Source: Rhodothermales bacterium
Lineage (GTDB): Bacteria > Bacteroidota > Rhodothermia > Rhodothermales > Bin80
NCBI GenBank assembly: GCA_022822185.1
Contig: JAJECE010000060.1
Span: 64,025 to 128,024 of the forward strand
DNA: 64,000 bases
Reading direction: 5' to 3'
Both the position numbers and the translations under genes were made by a program. Under the pieces are notes generated by a model, which saw only the letters and a list, made by a program, of their open reading frames with translations, did not search any database and was not told where the DNA came from. Numbering within the stretch: position 1 is the stretch's first letter; the number at the start of each line of letters is the position of its first letter. Positions 39,463 to 49,645 of this stretch are shown in pieces.

Positions 39463-40656
39463 CTATGTGTTATGTTCTGCATGAAACGGATCAATTGCGG
39501 CAGAAATGATCCCTAGGGCTTCATTTAGAACCTCTTCGGAAATATTGAGAGGAGGTGCGAGTCGGATGACAGTTCCAGAGTGAAGGGTCCAGCCCAGAAG
39601 TACTCCGCGGTTCAGGCAGGTTTTCACCACTTGCTCCGCAATGGGTACACTGGGCAGATCCAGGCCAAGCATTGCCCCCCTGCCGCGCAGGTTTACCATC
39701 GGTGTCTGTCCAAAACAGGATCGTATCTGCTCCCCAATCCATACTGCGCGCTCTGCCAGGTTTTCTTTCAGCATCACCTGTAATGCAGCGCTGGCGGCTG
39801 CGCAGGACACGGGGTGACCGCCAAAGGTGGTCACATGACTAAGCGGTGGGTCACGCCGGAGGGATTCCATCTTTGTGGTACTGGATACAAAAGCACCGAG
39901 CGGCATCCCGCCCCCCATTGCTTTGGCCAGAGTCAGAATATCCGGCACAATGTTTTCGTACTCAAATGCGAACAGTCGGCCAGTCCGTCCAAACCCGGTC
40001 TGAATTTCATCCAGAATCAGGAGAGCACCCACATCACTGCATCTGGTGCGCAGGGCTTTGAACCATCCTGCCGGAGGCACACGCATTCCCCCCTCGCCCT
40101 GAATGGGTTCCGCAATGACGCATGCCACCTGATCATCCACCGCAGTCAGAGCCTCAAAATTCCCATAAGGCAGGAAGGTGACCTCTGGCAGCAGGGGCCG
40201 AAATGGATACTGATAAATACGCCGCCCGGTGACACTCAAAGAGCCATGCGAATCGCCGTGATAGGATCGATCAAAGGCAACCATCCGGCTGCGGCCCGTA
40301 TATTTCTTGGCCAGTTTGAGGGCTCCCTCATTAGCTTCGGTTCCCGACATGGTGAAATAAATGCAGTCAAGGGAGGGTGGGAGTACATCCGCTAGTTGAT
40401 TGGAAAACTGTACTTGTGATGTCTGGATGAGTTCGCCATACACCATGACATGGAGATGGCGATCAAGTTGATTGCGAATGGCCTGCAATACCTTTGGATG
40501 CCGATGTCCCAGTGAAGAGACGGCAATTCCGCTAATGAAGTCGATTAATCGATGTCCATTAGTCAAAAACAGGAATGGTCCATCTGCCCGCTCCACTTCA
40601 TAGCCGAGGGGATGGTCACTTGTTTGGGCGAGATGGGGAGCAGAATCTGTGTTCAT
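39463..40656 (-). CDS. class-III pyridoxal-phosphate aminotransferase (acetylornithine/GABA aminotransferase family)
   Basis: [54 protein letters not shown] and [14 protein letters not shown] (the PLP lysine region). Confidence 0.85.
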   Translation of the reverse strand: MNTDSAPHLAQTSDHPLGYEVERADGPFLFLTNGHRLIDFISGIAVSSLGHRHPKVLQAIRNQLDRHLHVMVYGELIQTSQVQFSNQLADVLPPSLDCIYFTMSGTEANEGALKLAKKYTGRSRMVAFDRSYHGDSHGSLSVTGRRIYQYPFRPLLPEVTFLPYGNFEALTAVDDQVACVIAEPIQGEGGMRVPPAGWFKALRTRCSDVGALLILDEIQTGFGRTGRLFAFEYENIVPDILTLAKAMGGGMPLGAFVSSTTKMESLRRDPPLSHVTTFGGHPVSCAAASAALQVMLKENLAERAVWIGEQIRSCFGQTPMVNLRGRGAMLGLDLPSVPIAEQVVKTCLNRGVLLGWTLHSGTVIRLAPPLNISEEVLNEALGIISAAIDPFHAEHNT

Positions 40657-40731
40657 GAATGACTTTTGTGTTGCAGGCGAACAGGTAAATACAGGCGGGG
40701 TTCAAGGGGGCCTGGGATAAACAGAGAATTT

Positions 40732-41439
40732 ATGAATCTACGGAATAAAATTGCAGTGGTTACCGGTGCCAGCAGCGGGCTTGGATGTGAGTTCGCCCGG
40801 CATCTGGCGGACCATGGCAGCAGCGTGTATGGACTCGCTCGCAGGCTGAATCGTCTGAAATCGCTGGAAGCAGAAATAGGTTCAGCATTTACGCCGGTTG
40901 AATGTGATGTGACCGATGAAGCCTCGGTGCGGGATGCGTTCTCCAGGCTGGATCGGGTGGATATTCTGATCAATAATGCAGGACTTGGGCGATTTGCGCC
41001 GGTGGATGCGCAGACGAAAGAAGACTGGACCATCCAAATGGATACGAACCTGACAGGTGTGTATCTGTGCACCCGTGCAGTCGTTCCAATCATGAAAGTG
41101 CAGAATCAGCAGACAGGATTTGGAGGGCATATTATTCATATTGCATCGGTTGCCGGCTTAGTCGGCAATGCAAACCTCAGTGCATACAATGCAACAAAAT
41201 TCGGGCTTCGAGGCTTTAGTGAGGCAACGATGAAAGAGTTGCGCAGTGACGGCATCAAGGTGAGCTGCATCTGTCCGGGCAGTGTTGCGACGGAGTTTGG
41301 CCGCATTGCCGGTTCTCCAGGTGCCCCCAATCCCATGCAGCCCGATGATATTGCATCCACGGTCATTCATGTCCTGCAATCGCCGGATAATTATTTGATT
41401 TCTGAGGTCGTCATGCGGCCTCTCCGACCCCGAGGATAA
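40732..41439 (+). CDS. SDR-family oxidoreductase
   Basis: KIAVVTGASSGLG (TGxxxGxG), NNAG, and the catalytic S...YNATK motif. Start at the ATG at 40732. Confidence 0.85.
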   Translation: MNLRNKIAVVTGASSGLGCEFARHLADHGSSVYGLARRLNRLKSLEAEIGSAFTPVECDVTDEASVRDAFSRLDRVDILINNAGLGRFAPVDAQTKEDWTIQMDTNLTGVYLCTRAVVPIMKVQNQQTGFGGHIIHIASVAGLVGNANLSAYNATKFGLRGFSEATMKELRSDGIKVSCICPGSVATEFGRIAGSPGAPNPMQPDDIASTVIHVLQSPDNYLISEVVMRPLRPRG

Positions 41440-41441
41440 CC

Positions 41442-42554
41442 ATGAAACGCAGACAATTTATCAGATCCACGGCCCTTGGCGCTGCGGCAGGGACCGTTCT
41501 GGCAGGATGTGGCGGGCAGAGCAGTGACGCTCCTGCCGTTCAGTCCAGTACCCCGACTCTTCGCTGGCGACTTGCATCCAGCTTTGCCCGTTCTCTGGAT
41601 ACGATTTACGGTGCAGCTGAAGTGATGAGTACCCGTGTCAGCCAGTTGACCGATGGGCGATTTACGATCCGTGTTTATCCTGCAGGGGAGGTGGTTCCTG
41701 CCTTCGAAGTTCTTGACTCGGTGCAGAAGGGCACCGTACAGATGGGGCATTCAGCCGGATATTATTATATCGGAAAGAACCCGGCATTTGCCTTTGAGAC
41801 GACCATCCCGTTTGGGCTGACGGCCCGTCAGTATAACAGCTGGGTCTATGAGGGCGGGGGGCAGGAAATTCTCCGGGAGTTATTTGCGGACTATGGCGTT
41901 CTGAATTATCCAGGGGGAAATACGGGAGCACAGATGGGGGGCTGGTTCAATCGGGAAATCAACAGTCTGCTGGACTTAAACGGGCTCTCCATGCGCATTC
42001 CGGGGCTGGGCGGAAGGGTGATGGATCAACTGGGGGTCACGGTGCAGCAGATTCCCGGAGGGGAAATCTATCCCGCGCTGGAGCGCGGCGCAATTGATGC
42101 GGCCGAATGGGTTGGCCCCTATGATGATGAAAAGCTTGGCTTCAATCAGGTTGCAAGCTATTATTATTATCCAGGCTGGTGGGAGCCGTCCGCGAATCTT
42201 TCGTTCTTCGTAAACCGGCAGTCCATGCAGGGACTGCCTTCCGCATATCAGGCGGCTCTGGAAGTTGCAATGGCCGAAGCGAATCAGTATATGCTGACTA
42301 GGTACGATGCCTTGAATCCGCCGGCCTTCCGCCGGATTCTGGACTCTGATGTAGCATTGCGCTTCTTTCCAAAGGATGTCATGGATGCCGCATACGCAAT
42401 GTCACAGGATCTGCTGGAGCAGGAGCGTTCCAGTTCCGGTTTTGCACGCGTATACGATTCATTCCTTGCGTGGCGTCGCGATTCCGATGAATGGATTCAC
42501 ACCGCAGAGTACGAGATGCTTTCCTACATGAACAGCCAGAGAAAATCTGTCTGA
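41442..42554 (+). CDS. TRAP transporter substrate-binding protein (DctP superfamily) with Tat signal
   Basis: MKRRQFIRSTALGAAAGTVLAGCGG is a twin-arginine lipoprotein-type signal. The body resembles COG4663-type TRAP periplasmic components. It sits next to dctQM. Confidence 0.8.
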   Translation: MKRRQFIRSTALGAAAGTVLAGCGGQSSDAPAVQSSTPTLRWRLASSFARSLDTIYGAAEVMSTRVSQLTDGRFTIRVYPAGEVVPAFEVLDSVQKGTVQMGHSAGYYYIGKNPAFAFETTIPFGLTARQYNSWVYEGGGQEILRELFADYGVLNYPGGNTGAQMGGWFNREINSLLDLNGLSMRIPGLGGRVMDQLGVTVQQIPGGEIYPALERGAIDAAEWVGPYDDEKLGFNQVASYYYYPGWWEPSANLSFFVNRQSMQGLPSAYQAALEVAMAEANQYMLTRYDALNPPAFRRILDSDVALRFFPKDVMDAAYAMSQDLLEQERSSSGFARVYDSFLAWRRDSDEWIHTAEYEMLSYMNSQRKSV

Positions 42555-42562
42555 TTCCGTGA

Positions 42563-43909
42563 TCAGAGTGCCCAGAGAACCAGTTCGGGGAACAGAATGA
42601 GCAGAATCAGTCCCAGCACCTGAATTCCGATGAACGGGACCGCTCCCCGGTAAATGGCTTCGGTCTTGATTTCCGGTGGTGCAACCCCGCGAAGATAAAA
42701 GAGGGCAAACCCGAACGGTGGGGTCAGGAAGGAGGTTTGCAGGTTCATGCCGACCATGACCCCAAACCAGACCAGAGCCGTGCTCTCGGGTACGCCAAGC
42801 ATGGGGCTGAGCAGATGGGCGGCAGGCAGGACCATCAGCGGGATGATGATGAACGCAATCTCGAAGAAATCAATAAAGAAGCCCAGAATAAAAATCGCAA
42901 GGTTTGCAAGAATCAGGAAGCCGATCACACCTCCAGGGAGGTTAATCAGCAGGTCTTCAATCCAGATTCCGCCGTCCAGTCCCCTGAAGATGAGCGCAAA
43001 TGCGGTGGAAGCAATCAGCAGCATCATCACCATGGCGGTCAGCTTTGCCGTCTCCTCCATGGTCTGCATCAGGGCTTTTTTGGTCAGTCGCCCGTTGAGT
43101 GCAGCCAGAAGGATTGCACCCACAGCACCTAGAGCACCGGACTCGGTGGGCGTTGCAATTCCGGCAAAAATGCTTCCTAGTACGACAAAGATGAGCAGCA
43201 GGGGCGGGAGCATGACCAGAAATACTTTTCGCAGCAGTTCTCCGTGCTCCTGTTCGCGTACCGTTTTCGGGATTGCAGGGGCGGAAGACGGTTTTAGAAC
43301 CGCCGATCCGGCTGCATAGAGCGCATAGAGAAGTGCGAGCAGAATGCCGGGAGCGAGGGCTCCGATAAAGAGATCTCCCACCGAGACTCCCAATTGATCG
43401 GCAAGAACCACCAGTACCACGCTGGGCGGGATAATCTGTCCCAGGGTTCCGGTTGCCGTGATCACTCCGGCGGAGAGTTCTTTTGAATACCCGTTATTTA
43501 GCATGACGGGAAGGGCAATCATTCCCATGGCAACCACACTTGCACCCACGATGCCGGTTGCAGCGGCAAGGAGTACTCCCACAAATACAACGGCCAGTGC
43601 CAGCCCTCCACGCACAGGGCCAAAGAGCAGACCAATGGTATGTAATAGATCCCGTGCGAGATGGCTTTTTTCCAGCATCGTCCCCATGAAGATGAAAAAG
43701 GGGACGGCCAGAAGCGTATAATTGGACATGATGCCAAATAAACGGTCCGGCAATGCCAGCATCAAATGCCAGTCAAAGTAGCCGATACTGATCCCGATTA
43801 CGGCAAAGATGAGGGATACCCCTCCAAGAGAAAAGGCGACCGGATAGCCCGAAAAAATCAGAATCAATGCTACCGCAAACATGAGCGGTGCCAGCCATTC
43901 AAATCCCAT
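42563..43909 (-). CDS. dctM: TRAP transporter large permease subunit
   Basis: About 448 aa, polytopic, with typical DctM blocks (MGTMLEKSHLARDL, GGLALAVV, TGTLGQIIPPSVVLV, FLTPPFGFALFYLRG). The ATG at 43909 overlaps the dctQ stop by 11 nt. Confidence 0.85.
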   Translation of the reverse strand: MGFEWLAPLMFAVALILIFSGYPVAFSLGGVSLIFAVIGISIGYFDWHLMLALPDRLFGIMSNYTLLAVPFFIFMGTMLEKSHLARDLLHTIGLLFGPVRGGLALAVVFVGVLLAAATGIVGASVVAMGMIALPVMLNNGYSKELSAGVITATGTLGQIIPPSVVLVVLADQLGVSVGDLFIGALAPGILLALLYALYAAGSAVLKPSSAPAIPKTVREQEHGELLRKVFLVMLPPLLLIFVVLGSIFAGIATPTESGALGAVGAILLAALNGRLTKKALMQTMEETAKLTAMVMMLLIASTAFALIFRGLDGGIWIEDLLINLPGGVIGFLILANLAIFILGFFIDFFEIAFIIIPLMVLPAAHLLSPMLGVPESTALVWFGVMVGMNLQTSFLTPPFGFALFYLRGVAPPEIKTEAIYRGAVPFIGIQVLGLILLILFPELVLWAL

Positions 43910-44522
43910 GATTTCCGGTTGGATGGTTCCGTTCAGGGGGGTGAATGAGCTGCAGTGTTTCGCGTGCAGCAAAGGCCAGTCCTTGCAGCATCAGTAAGAT
44001 AAATGCAAGGGGAATGACGGTCAGGAGCGGATAACGGGGCAACCCGCCTGGATCGGGAGAGCCTTCGAGCCGGGCCCAGGAATCCGTCACTGCCGGCCAT
44101 GAGGTCCCGACCATGAGTGCACAAAAGGGGAGCAGAAACACCAGCGTCCCTATGATATTGATCCAGGCCTGGGCAGTTCTGGAGAGTCGATTATAAAAGA
44201 TGTCAACCCGCACATGCGCCCCGGCGTTCAGTGCATGAGCGGCCCCCATCAGGAAGATCAGGCTGAAGAGGTACCATTGGAGTTCAATAAAAGTATTTGA
44301 ACTCCCCTGTCTGGCCACCTCCCCGATCCAGTGCAGGGATTTATTCAATGTACTGGCGTTTGCCGGATCAATGTGTGCCCAGCCAGCCAGTGAGCGCACG
44401 ACGGCATTGTAGGCTCCGGCAATGACCATAAGGAGTGTGCAGTACCAGGTTATTTTTCCGAAGAAATCGGACAATCTTTCAATTCGGCCGGCAGAGGCCG
44501 AAATAAGTTTGTTTCGTGTCAT
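43899..44522 (-). CDS. dctQ: TRAP transporter small permease subunit
   Basis: 207 aa with 4 TM segments, immediately upstream of and overlapping dctM. Confidence 0.7.
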   Translation of the reverse strand: MTRNKLISASAGRIERLSDFFGKITWYCTLLMVIAGAYNAVVRSLAGWAHIDPANASTLNKSLHWIGEVARQGSSNTFIELQWYLFSLIFLMGAAHALNAGAHVRVDIFYNRLSRTAQAWINIIGTLVFLLPFCALMVGTSWPAVTDSWARLEGSPDPGGLPRYPLLTVIPLAFILLMLQGLAFAARETLQLIHPPERNHPTGNHGI

Positions 44523-44549
44523 GAATGCACCGATGGTTCCTGCAGGCAG

Positions 44550-45345
44550 TTAATGATTCGGAGGCCAAATTACGGTATAGTTCCTAAAAATCAACACTGA
44601 TATTTCGTGATCTCTGGGTTGGCAAGGGCATGTTGGTGGCAGAGCGGCCCCGTAATGGATCCCAAATTCCTCATACGTCCGGTTCAATCGGCGTTCATAA
44701 CGATGGGCCGCCGTCAGATTATGACAGACAAATGCCTTAGTGCCCCCTCCCGGAAATTCCAGTGTTTCCACATTGGCCGCAATCCAACCGGAAAGCCTTC
44801 GGACAGGCCGTCACAGACGTAGAACTTGAGTCGCCGAGGGTTGCCACGAAAATCCGGGCCGCACACCTCTACCGGAAGCCTAATCCATACAGGGAACCGT
44901 TTTTCAGGCAAAGTCCGGAAACAACCTCTCCCCTGGAACATACGGCTGACGCATCACCACCTTCGTTCGGTTACACCAGGCCCGGTACAGTTCACAAAAC
45001 CGAGTGTAACTATAGCCGTCTGGATGCTCCTGGAGGTAGCGTTCATGAATCAATTTCATTGTCTGCCCCTTGCAGGAATGGCTCTCATGTACCTCTGCCC
45101 AGTCTGGCGCAGGATGATGCCAAGTGCCCGAACTGGAGGCGGGCAGCAAACGTTCTTTTAACTCCGCATTCGTGATCTCCCCGGGTAAGGGCCAACTTAA
45201 TCCGGCCTGTTTTGCGCGTTGGATATAATCCCGTGCTGTGCTGAAACTCACGCGCGAATACTCCGCCGTCTTCCGAATACTGTATCCCTCTCTGAAATGG
45301 AAGCGAAGGATTGACCGAATGCGCAGAATAGGTATTGGTTGTCTG
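44550..45345 (-). pseudogene. IS21-family transposase (IstA) remnant, frameshifted and 3'-truncated
   Basis: The frames read in order. First the HTH region IPILRIRSILRFHFREGYSIRKTAEYSRVSFSTARDYIQRAKQAGLSWP. Then PDWAEVHE...YSYTRFCELYRAWC...MRQPYVPGERLFPDFAG. Then, after frameshifts, LEFPGGGTKAFVCHNLTAAHRYE...LNRTYEEFGIHYG. No istB follows. Confidence 0.65.
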
Positions 45346-45499
45346 GGAATTTTATGTTCTGTTTAGTCCGAAAAAGCACAGAATACGGATTCTTGTTTGA
45401 AGCACCGGCACCGTGTGAAACATCCTGTCGCATCAAGTGAGAGCAATCCCCCATTCCCTGACGAAAATCACCGCTGAATCAAGCCCCGGAAATCCCCCG

Positions 45500-45930
45500 A
45501 TTCGCCGGCCCAAAGTGATTGTTCTGGTCGTAATGCTCACCGGGACATCGGTTACAGGAATTTATCGGGTTCCTGCAGGTGACTGACCGATTTGTCTACA
45601 AAGATCCGGAGGTTCTTATTGTCTTAGACAATTACAGTTCCCTCAAAACCGCCATGGTCCAGAACGGGCTCGTTCGCCGTAAAGGCTTTCATCTCCAGGC
45701 TACTCCACGAGTCTTCCTGACTGAATTTCATTAAACGCTGGTTTGCCGCCATTCTCCAAGATCAGATCCGACGTGGAGCGCATGGAAGTACCAAAGAACC
45801 GGGAGTCGCAGTTGAGGAGTAGATCGACCTCCACACAATGAAGATTTCTGATCGTTGATCTGGACAAAATCTTCGGATGGAATTCTGGAATCCGTCCAAA
45901 GTTACGACGAAAGAATTAATGATGCACTGC
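45500..45930 (+). pseudogene. IS630-family transposase C-terminal remnant with stops and frameshifts
   Basis: Reads ...VYKDPEVLIVLDNYSSLKTAMVQNGLVRRKGFHLQ..., then in another frame ERWFAAILQDQIRRGAHGSTKE, then LIWTKSSDGILESVQ. These correspond to the DDE third-acidic region and the C-terminal blocks of IS630-type transposases. Confidence 0.5.
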
Positions 45931-45931
45931 A

Positions 45932-48553
45932 CTAGAAGGTAATTGTCGTCGTCATTGACACGGTCCGTTTGGCGCCAAGCCAGCCGGCATTCTCTGTGAT
46001 GGCCGACAGATAGGCCTGATCGAACAGATTGTTTGCAACCAGAGAGAATTCCGTTGACCGGAATAAACGTCCCAAAGATTCTCCAGACACACGGATATAA
46101 GCGTCCACCATCCAATAAGAGTCCGAGTACCAGTCAGAGGTCAGACTCACTCGACGTGGAGCTGTATACTTCGCTGAAAGGCCTGTGCTCAGCGGACCAG
46201 ACTGATCAACAGAGATCACCCAAAGCTGATCGGGAACCCCTGTAACGTCTGTTCCCGGCAACGTCCCCTGTCCTTCATCCAGAACTGCATCCCCACTGCC
46301 GATATACTCCGAGTTGTTACGGGTGTAGGCTGAATAGACCGAGATCCTGTGTGGCAGCTGTATCGTGGCAGAGAGTTCAAGTCCGCGCGTATCCAGACCG
46401 CCTGCGTTGAAGTATGCTCCTCCGCCTGGAATAAGATAATTCGGTCCGGCTGCGGTTTGCGGACCGATAAATACAATGCGATTCTCAAAATCCACCGCAT
46501 ACAGGGTTGCACTCAAGGCAATCCGATCTCCCGAGTATTGTACCCCTACGTCAATATTTGAGGAGGTTTCCGGCTCAAGTGCATCAAGACTCCGTCCAGG
46601 GACTTCCAGCAGTGCGGAACTAAAGGATCTGAAGTTCTCAGAGAAGCCGGCAAAAAGCCTTAATCCTTCAATTGGCGATTCATACGTAACCCCGCCGGAA
46701 AAGAGCAGGTCTGAGTCGGACTCCGCTGAGATATCCGGGTCCATATTAAATAAATCAGTCCGGGACAGTTCAACGAAAAACTGCCGAACGCCCGCACGGG
46801 CTGTCACGGGCCCTATGTAAAGAGTCTCCTCCACATACCAACGGAAGACGCTCTGTGGAAATTCCCAGTCATACTGATGCCAGTACGCCTGTTCGTCAAA
46901 CATGAAATTGAGCGATGGATCAAGGATGCGGTGCCAGTCCCGACCAAGGAGGCGTTTCGAACTCTCATACCAGATTCCGGAGCGCAGTGTGCTTCCAGTT
47001 GATCCGATCAGCGTAAACCACTCTGTGTCCGCTGTAACTCCAATTCGGTCTTTTCCATAGTGGCTGTGACGAAACGATTGAACAGCGGTTGCCCCCGGAT
47101 GGCAGGCAGGGTCAACCTCTGGCCCACTCGCTCCGTAATAATTATAGATGAACGATGATGTGCATCCAGGTTCGGGATCAACGGCCGAGCCATCCCGGTC
47201 CACAAAACGGATCAGTCCGATTTGCTGACCGCCGCGAACAGGGGAATTCCCTTCCAATTCTGATTCCGGTCCACCTTGATCGTCCGTAATATCAACGATA
47301 TATGGAGGCAGCCAGTCTCCTCTTCCCCGATTTCGATGGGCATAGACTCCTGTCGTAACCGAGATTCCTATGCTGGTTGCCCAGTCCGCTTTGATGTATC
47401 CGAAGGTGTTTCGGCGAGCGGTTCTCCAGCCGCGCCGGTAGAACTGATTCAGATAGGGCACACCGGTCCAGTCTCCGATCAGGCGGTCCCATCGCGGGTT
47501 TGCCCGAAAATCAGCATCACTGTAAAGCCGCTGGTACACATCTTCAGCAATCTCATCGTAGGAGAAATAACCGCTAAGGTTCAGCAAGCCGAGCGTAGAG
47601 ACAAGTTTGGCAGAAAGATGCTCCCGCTCATTTTCTGCGGCTCCCTGCATCCAGTCCGTCCCTTCCTGGCGCAGAGCGGTGATCCAGCCGCGTGCGTTTT
47701 TGCCGAACAGCGGCCCTGTGTCAATCCGCATGGCAGCGCGTCTTCCATCATGCTCCCCAACGGTCGCCGACACCGTGTATCTTCGTTCAAGTGCGGGATC
47801 ACTTGTGGTATAGTTGATGGTTCCTCCTAATGCTTCCACGGATTGAGAGGCAATGTCTGCCGTGCCTTGGGAGACTTCAACATTGCCCAGGTTCATCACG
47901 TCAATGTACCGATTTACTTTTGAGCCACTCCAGTAGTCAGAGGTGCCGTTTGAGAATCCGTCTATCGTCGTTCCAATCTGTGAATCATTAATCGTAACCT
48001 GAAAGCCGCGCATGGCAGTATTGCTTGACCAGTCATCCATACCGTATGCATCTCCCTCCTGAACGGATACACCGGGCAGGTTGTCGACGACCGAGGTCAG
48101 ATTCATCATTGGAGTCTGCTGGCGAATCATGGGCGCAGCGACCACATTGCTTGCAAAAATTCGTGCTTCTTCGCCGACAATGCTGATCTCTTCCATCTCG
48201 ACGACTTCAGGTTGTAATCGGACATCAATCAGTGTGATGCCCGGGCTTATTGTATGGCGCTGTGTGCGGAATCCCACAAAAGAGAAAACCAACACATCGT
48301 TCTCGGTCCGGACCTCGATGGTGTATTTACCATCCTGGTCCGTGGTAGTGCCGATAAACGCGCCATCAATCACAACCGATACACCTGCCAGCGGCTCTTG
48401 TGAGTCATCTGATATGACGGTTCCCGTGATGATTGTCTGTGCGGCCACAGTCTGATAAAACAGTGAAAGGAGCAAACCTGTAAAGAGTCCGAGTCGGCTG
48501 ACTTTTGAGGCTGTGCGAAGGAAAAAATGAATTGGTGCTATCATTAGAAACAA
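45932..48553 (-). CDS. TonB-dependent outer-membrane receptor with CarboxypepD_reg N-terminal domain
   Basis: Signal peptide, then IITGTVISDDSQEPLAGVSVVIDGAFIGTTTDQDGKYTIEV (carboxypeptidase-regulatory-like), a plug domain and a long beta-barrel ending in the aromatic terminus TTTITF. An alternative ATG start lies at 48544. Confidence 0.85.
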   Translation of the reverse strand: MFLMIAPIHFFLRTASKVSRLGLFTGLLLSLFYQTVAAQTIITGTVISDDSQEPLAGVSVVIDGAFIGTTTDQDGKYTIEVRTENDVLVFSFVGFRTQRHTISPGITLIDVRLQPEVVEMEEISIVGEEARIFASNVVAAPMIRQQTPMMNLTSVVDNLPGVSVQEGDAYGMDDWSSNTAMRGFQVTINDSQIGTTIDGFSNGTSDYWSGSKVNRYIDVMNLGNVEVSQGTADIASQSVEALGGTINYTTSDPALERRYTVSATVGEHDGRRAAMRIDTGPLFGKNARGWITALRQEGTDWMQGAAENEREHLSAKLVSTLGLLNLSGYFSYDEIAEDVYQRLYSDADFRANPRWDRLIGDWTGVPYLNQFYRRGWRTARRNTFGYIKADWATSIGISVTTGVYAHRNRGRGDWLPPYIVDITDDQGGPESELEGNSPVRGGQQIGLIRFVDRDGSAVDPEPGCTSSFIYNYYGASGPEVDPACHPGATAVQSFRHSHYGKDRIGVTADTEWFTLIGSTGSTLRSGIWYESSKRLLGRDWHRILDPSLNFMFDEQAYWHQYDWEFPQSVFRWYVEETLYIGPVTARAGVRQFFVELSRTDLFNMDPDISAESDSDLLFSGGVTYESPIEGLRLFAGFSENFRSFSSALLEVPGRSLDALEPETSSNIDVGVQYSGDRIALSATLYAVDFENRIVFIGPQTAAGPNYLIPGGGAYFNAGGLDTRGLELSATIQLPHRISVYSAYTRNNSEYIGSGDAVLDEGQGTLPGTDVTGVPDQLWVISVDQSGPLSTGLSAKYTAPRRVSLTSDWYSDSYWMVDAYIRVSGESLGRLFRSTEFSLVANNLFDQAYLSAITENAGWLGAKRTVSMTTTITF

Positions 48554-48910
48554 ATAATTTAGTTAGACATCCATTCGGCGTTTAACATGAGTTCGGCATC
48601 TTCCTCGTTTTTGGGTGAATCAGCCGAATTTGGAGTGGAATATACACATTTTCTGCTTCTTTTGCTTTCCCCTCCCCGATGATGTAAGTCTATGCCAAAT
48701 CACGAATTCCCAAATCTAGATGTATTCAGATGAAGGTGGCACCTATTCAGTCAGGGAAAAGGCCGTCTGTTACCCTTGGAATTCTGCCAGTGACAGCTAA
48801 TGAGATAATCAGAAAGGGGGGAACCGAACGAGATTACATGTTCCGCGAGGATGGGGCAGCAGCAAAAGAAGTAGAGTCCAATTCTTGCACGAAATTCATC
48901 CCCGGGCCCG

Positions 48911-49105
48911 GCTGCCAGTAGAGCCGCCAGATAAAAAAGAGGAAGCAGAGAAATAATCTCAGCCCTCCGGGGAGGTCAATCTCTTGGATCGTAATGTCCA
49001 CAAAAGAGGCATGGCATGGTGAGCAAGACCGCGGCAATAATTGAGATGTCTGCCGAACCCGTCGCAACCTCTGGAAGCGGGATCATCAAGTCGAAAATCC
49101 CCATA
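48911..49105 (-). pseudogene. displaced, degenerate duplicate of the 3' end of the CaCA antiporter gene
   Basis: About 190 bp aligns by eye at roughly 90 percent identity with 50411-50603. A 5-bp indel breaks the frame. Confidence 0.75.
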
Positions 49106-49259
49106 ATTCAATTCAGTTGGCAGAGGCCGAAATCAATTTGCTTTGGGGGATTATGTTCATGGATAACCTATGCTGTGCAAAGGCACTTGAGTTCAGAACA
49201 CATCTGGGCGGAGGTTGTCCACGAAAAGGGATCAGATTAAAAAGTTAATGGGGACGCTG

Positions 49260-49487
49260 TCAGTTAAACAGGAATTTGGCAAGGATATGAAGTGGTGTAT
49301 ACAATGCACCAAAGCCTACTCCAAGCATTGCGATTAGAACCCGGTAATCTATCAAAATCCAAGGACGACTCTGCCCGCTCACAAGTATGAGAAGGACGGT
49401 GAACAGCAGCCAAAGTACTACTAAAACAACATATCCAACCGCAAAGGGCATCCAAAATTTGTTCCTTTGTCTCTCCTTTTCAAGCAA
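49260..49487 (-). CDS. small two-TM membrane protein (candidate toxin C-terminal part)
   Basis: 63-75 aa depending on the start (TTG at 49487 or ATG at 49451). Two hydrophobic helices (FAVGYVVLVVLWLLFTVLLILV and LIAMLGVGFGALYTPLHIL). It lies downstream of the PanA-like gene and may be the 3' half of a frameshifted longer ORF. Confidence 0.4.
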   Translation of the reverse strand: MLEKERQRNKFWMPFAVGYVVLVVLWLLFTVLLILVSGQSRPWILIDYRVLIAMLGVGFGALYTPLHILAKFLFN

Positions 49488-49645
49488 GGTTTTTTGTTGT
49501 TCAGTTTCAAAATAGCCCTTAAAGAATTGGGAATGTCAACAACTTTGAGAGATTCTTTAAGATCCTCCTTAGAGGGTTGCGAGGGAGTATATGCCGAAGA
49601 TGGGGATATGGCTTGTCCGTGCTGATCAGGCGGAGATTTCGGCAT
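49421..49645 (-). CDS. hydrophilic ORF overlapping the PanA stop (candidate toxin N-terminal part)
   Basis: The ATG at 49645 overlaps the last 20 nt of the PanA-like gene. The 74-aa product is MPKSPPDQHGQAISPSS.... The frame changes into the downstream two-TM ORF at an A6 run (49490-49495). Confidence 0.3.
   Translation of the reverse strand: MPKSPPDQHGQAISPSSAYTPSQPSKEDLKESLKVVDIPNSLRAILKLNNKKPCLKRRDKGTNFGCPLRLDMLF

Noticed and set aside
48725-48800. GGTGGCACC...AGTCAGGGAAAAGG...CTGCCAGTGACAGC in the long region upstream of the TonB receptor is reminiscent of the first blocks of a cobalamin riboswitch.
   Set aside because: It is on the strand opposite to the receptor gene, I could not find a B12 box, and no plus-strand gene lies downstream. 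A covariance-model scan (RF00174) would settle it.
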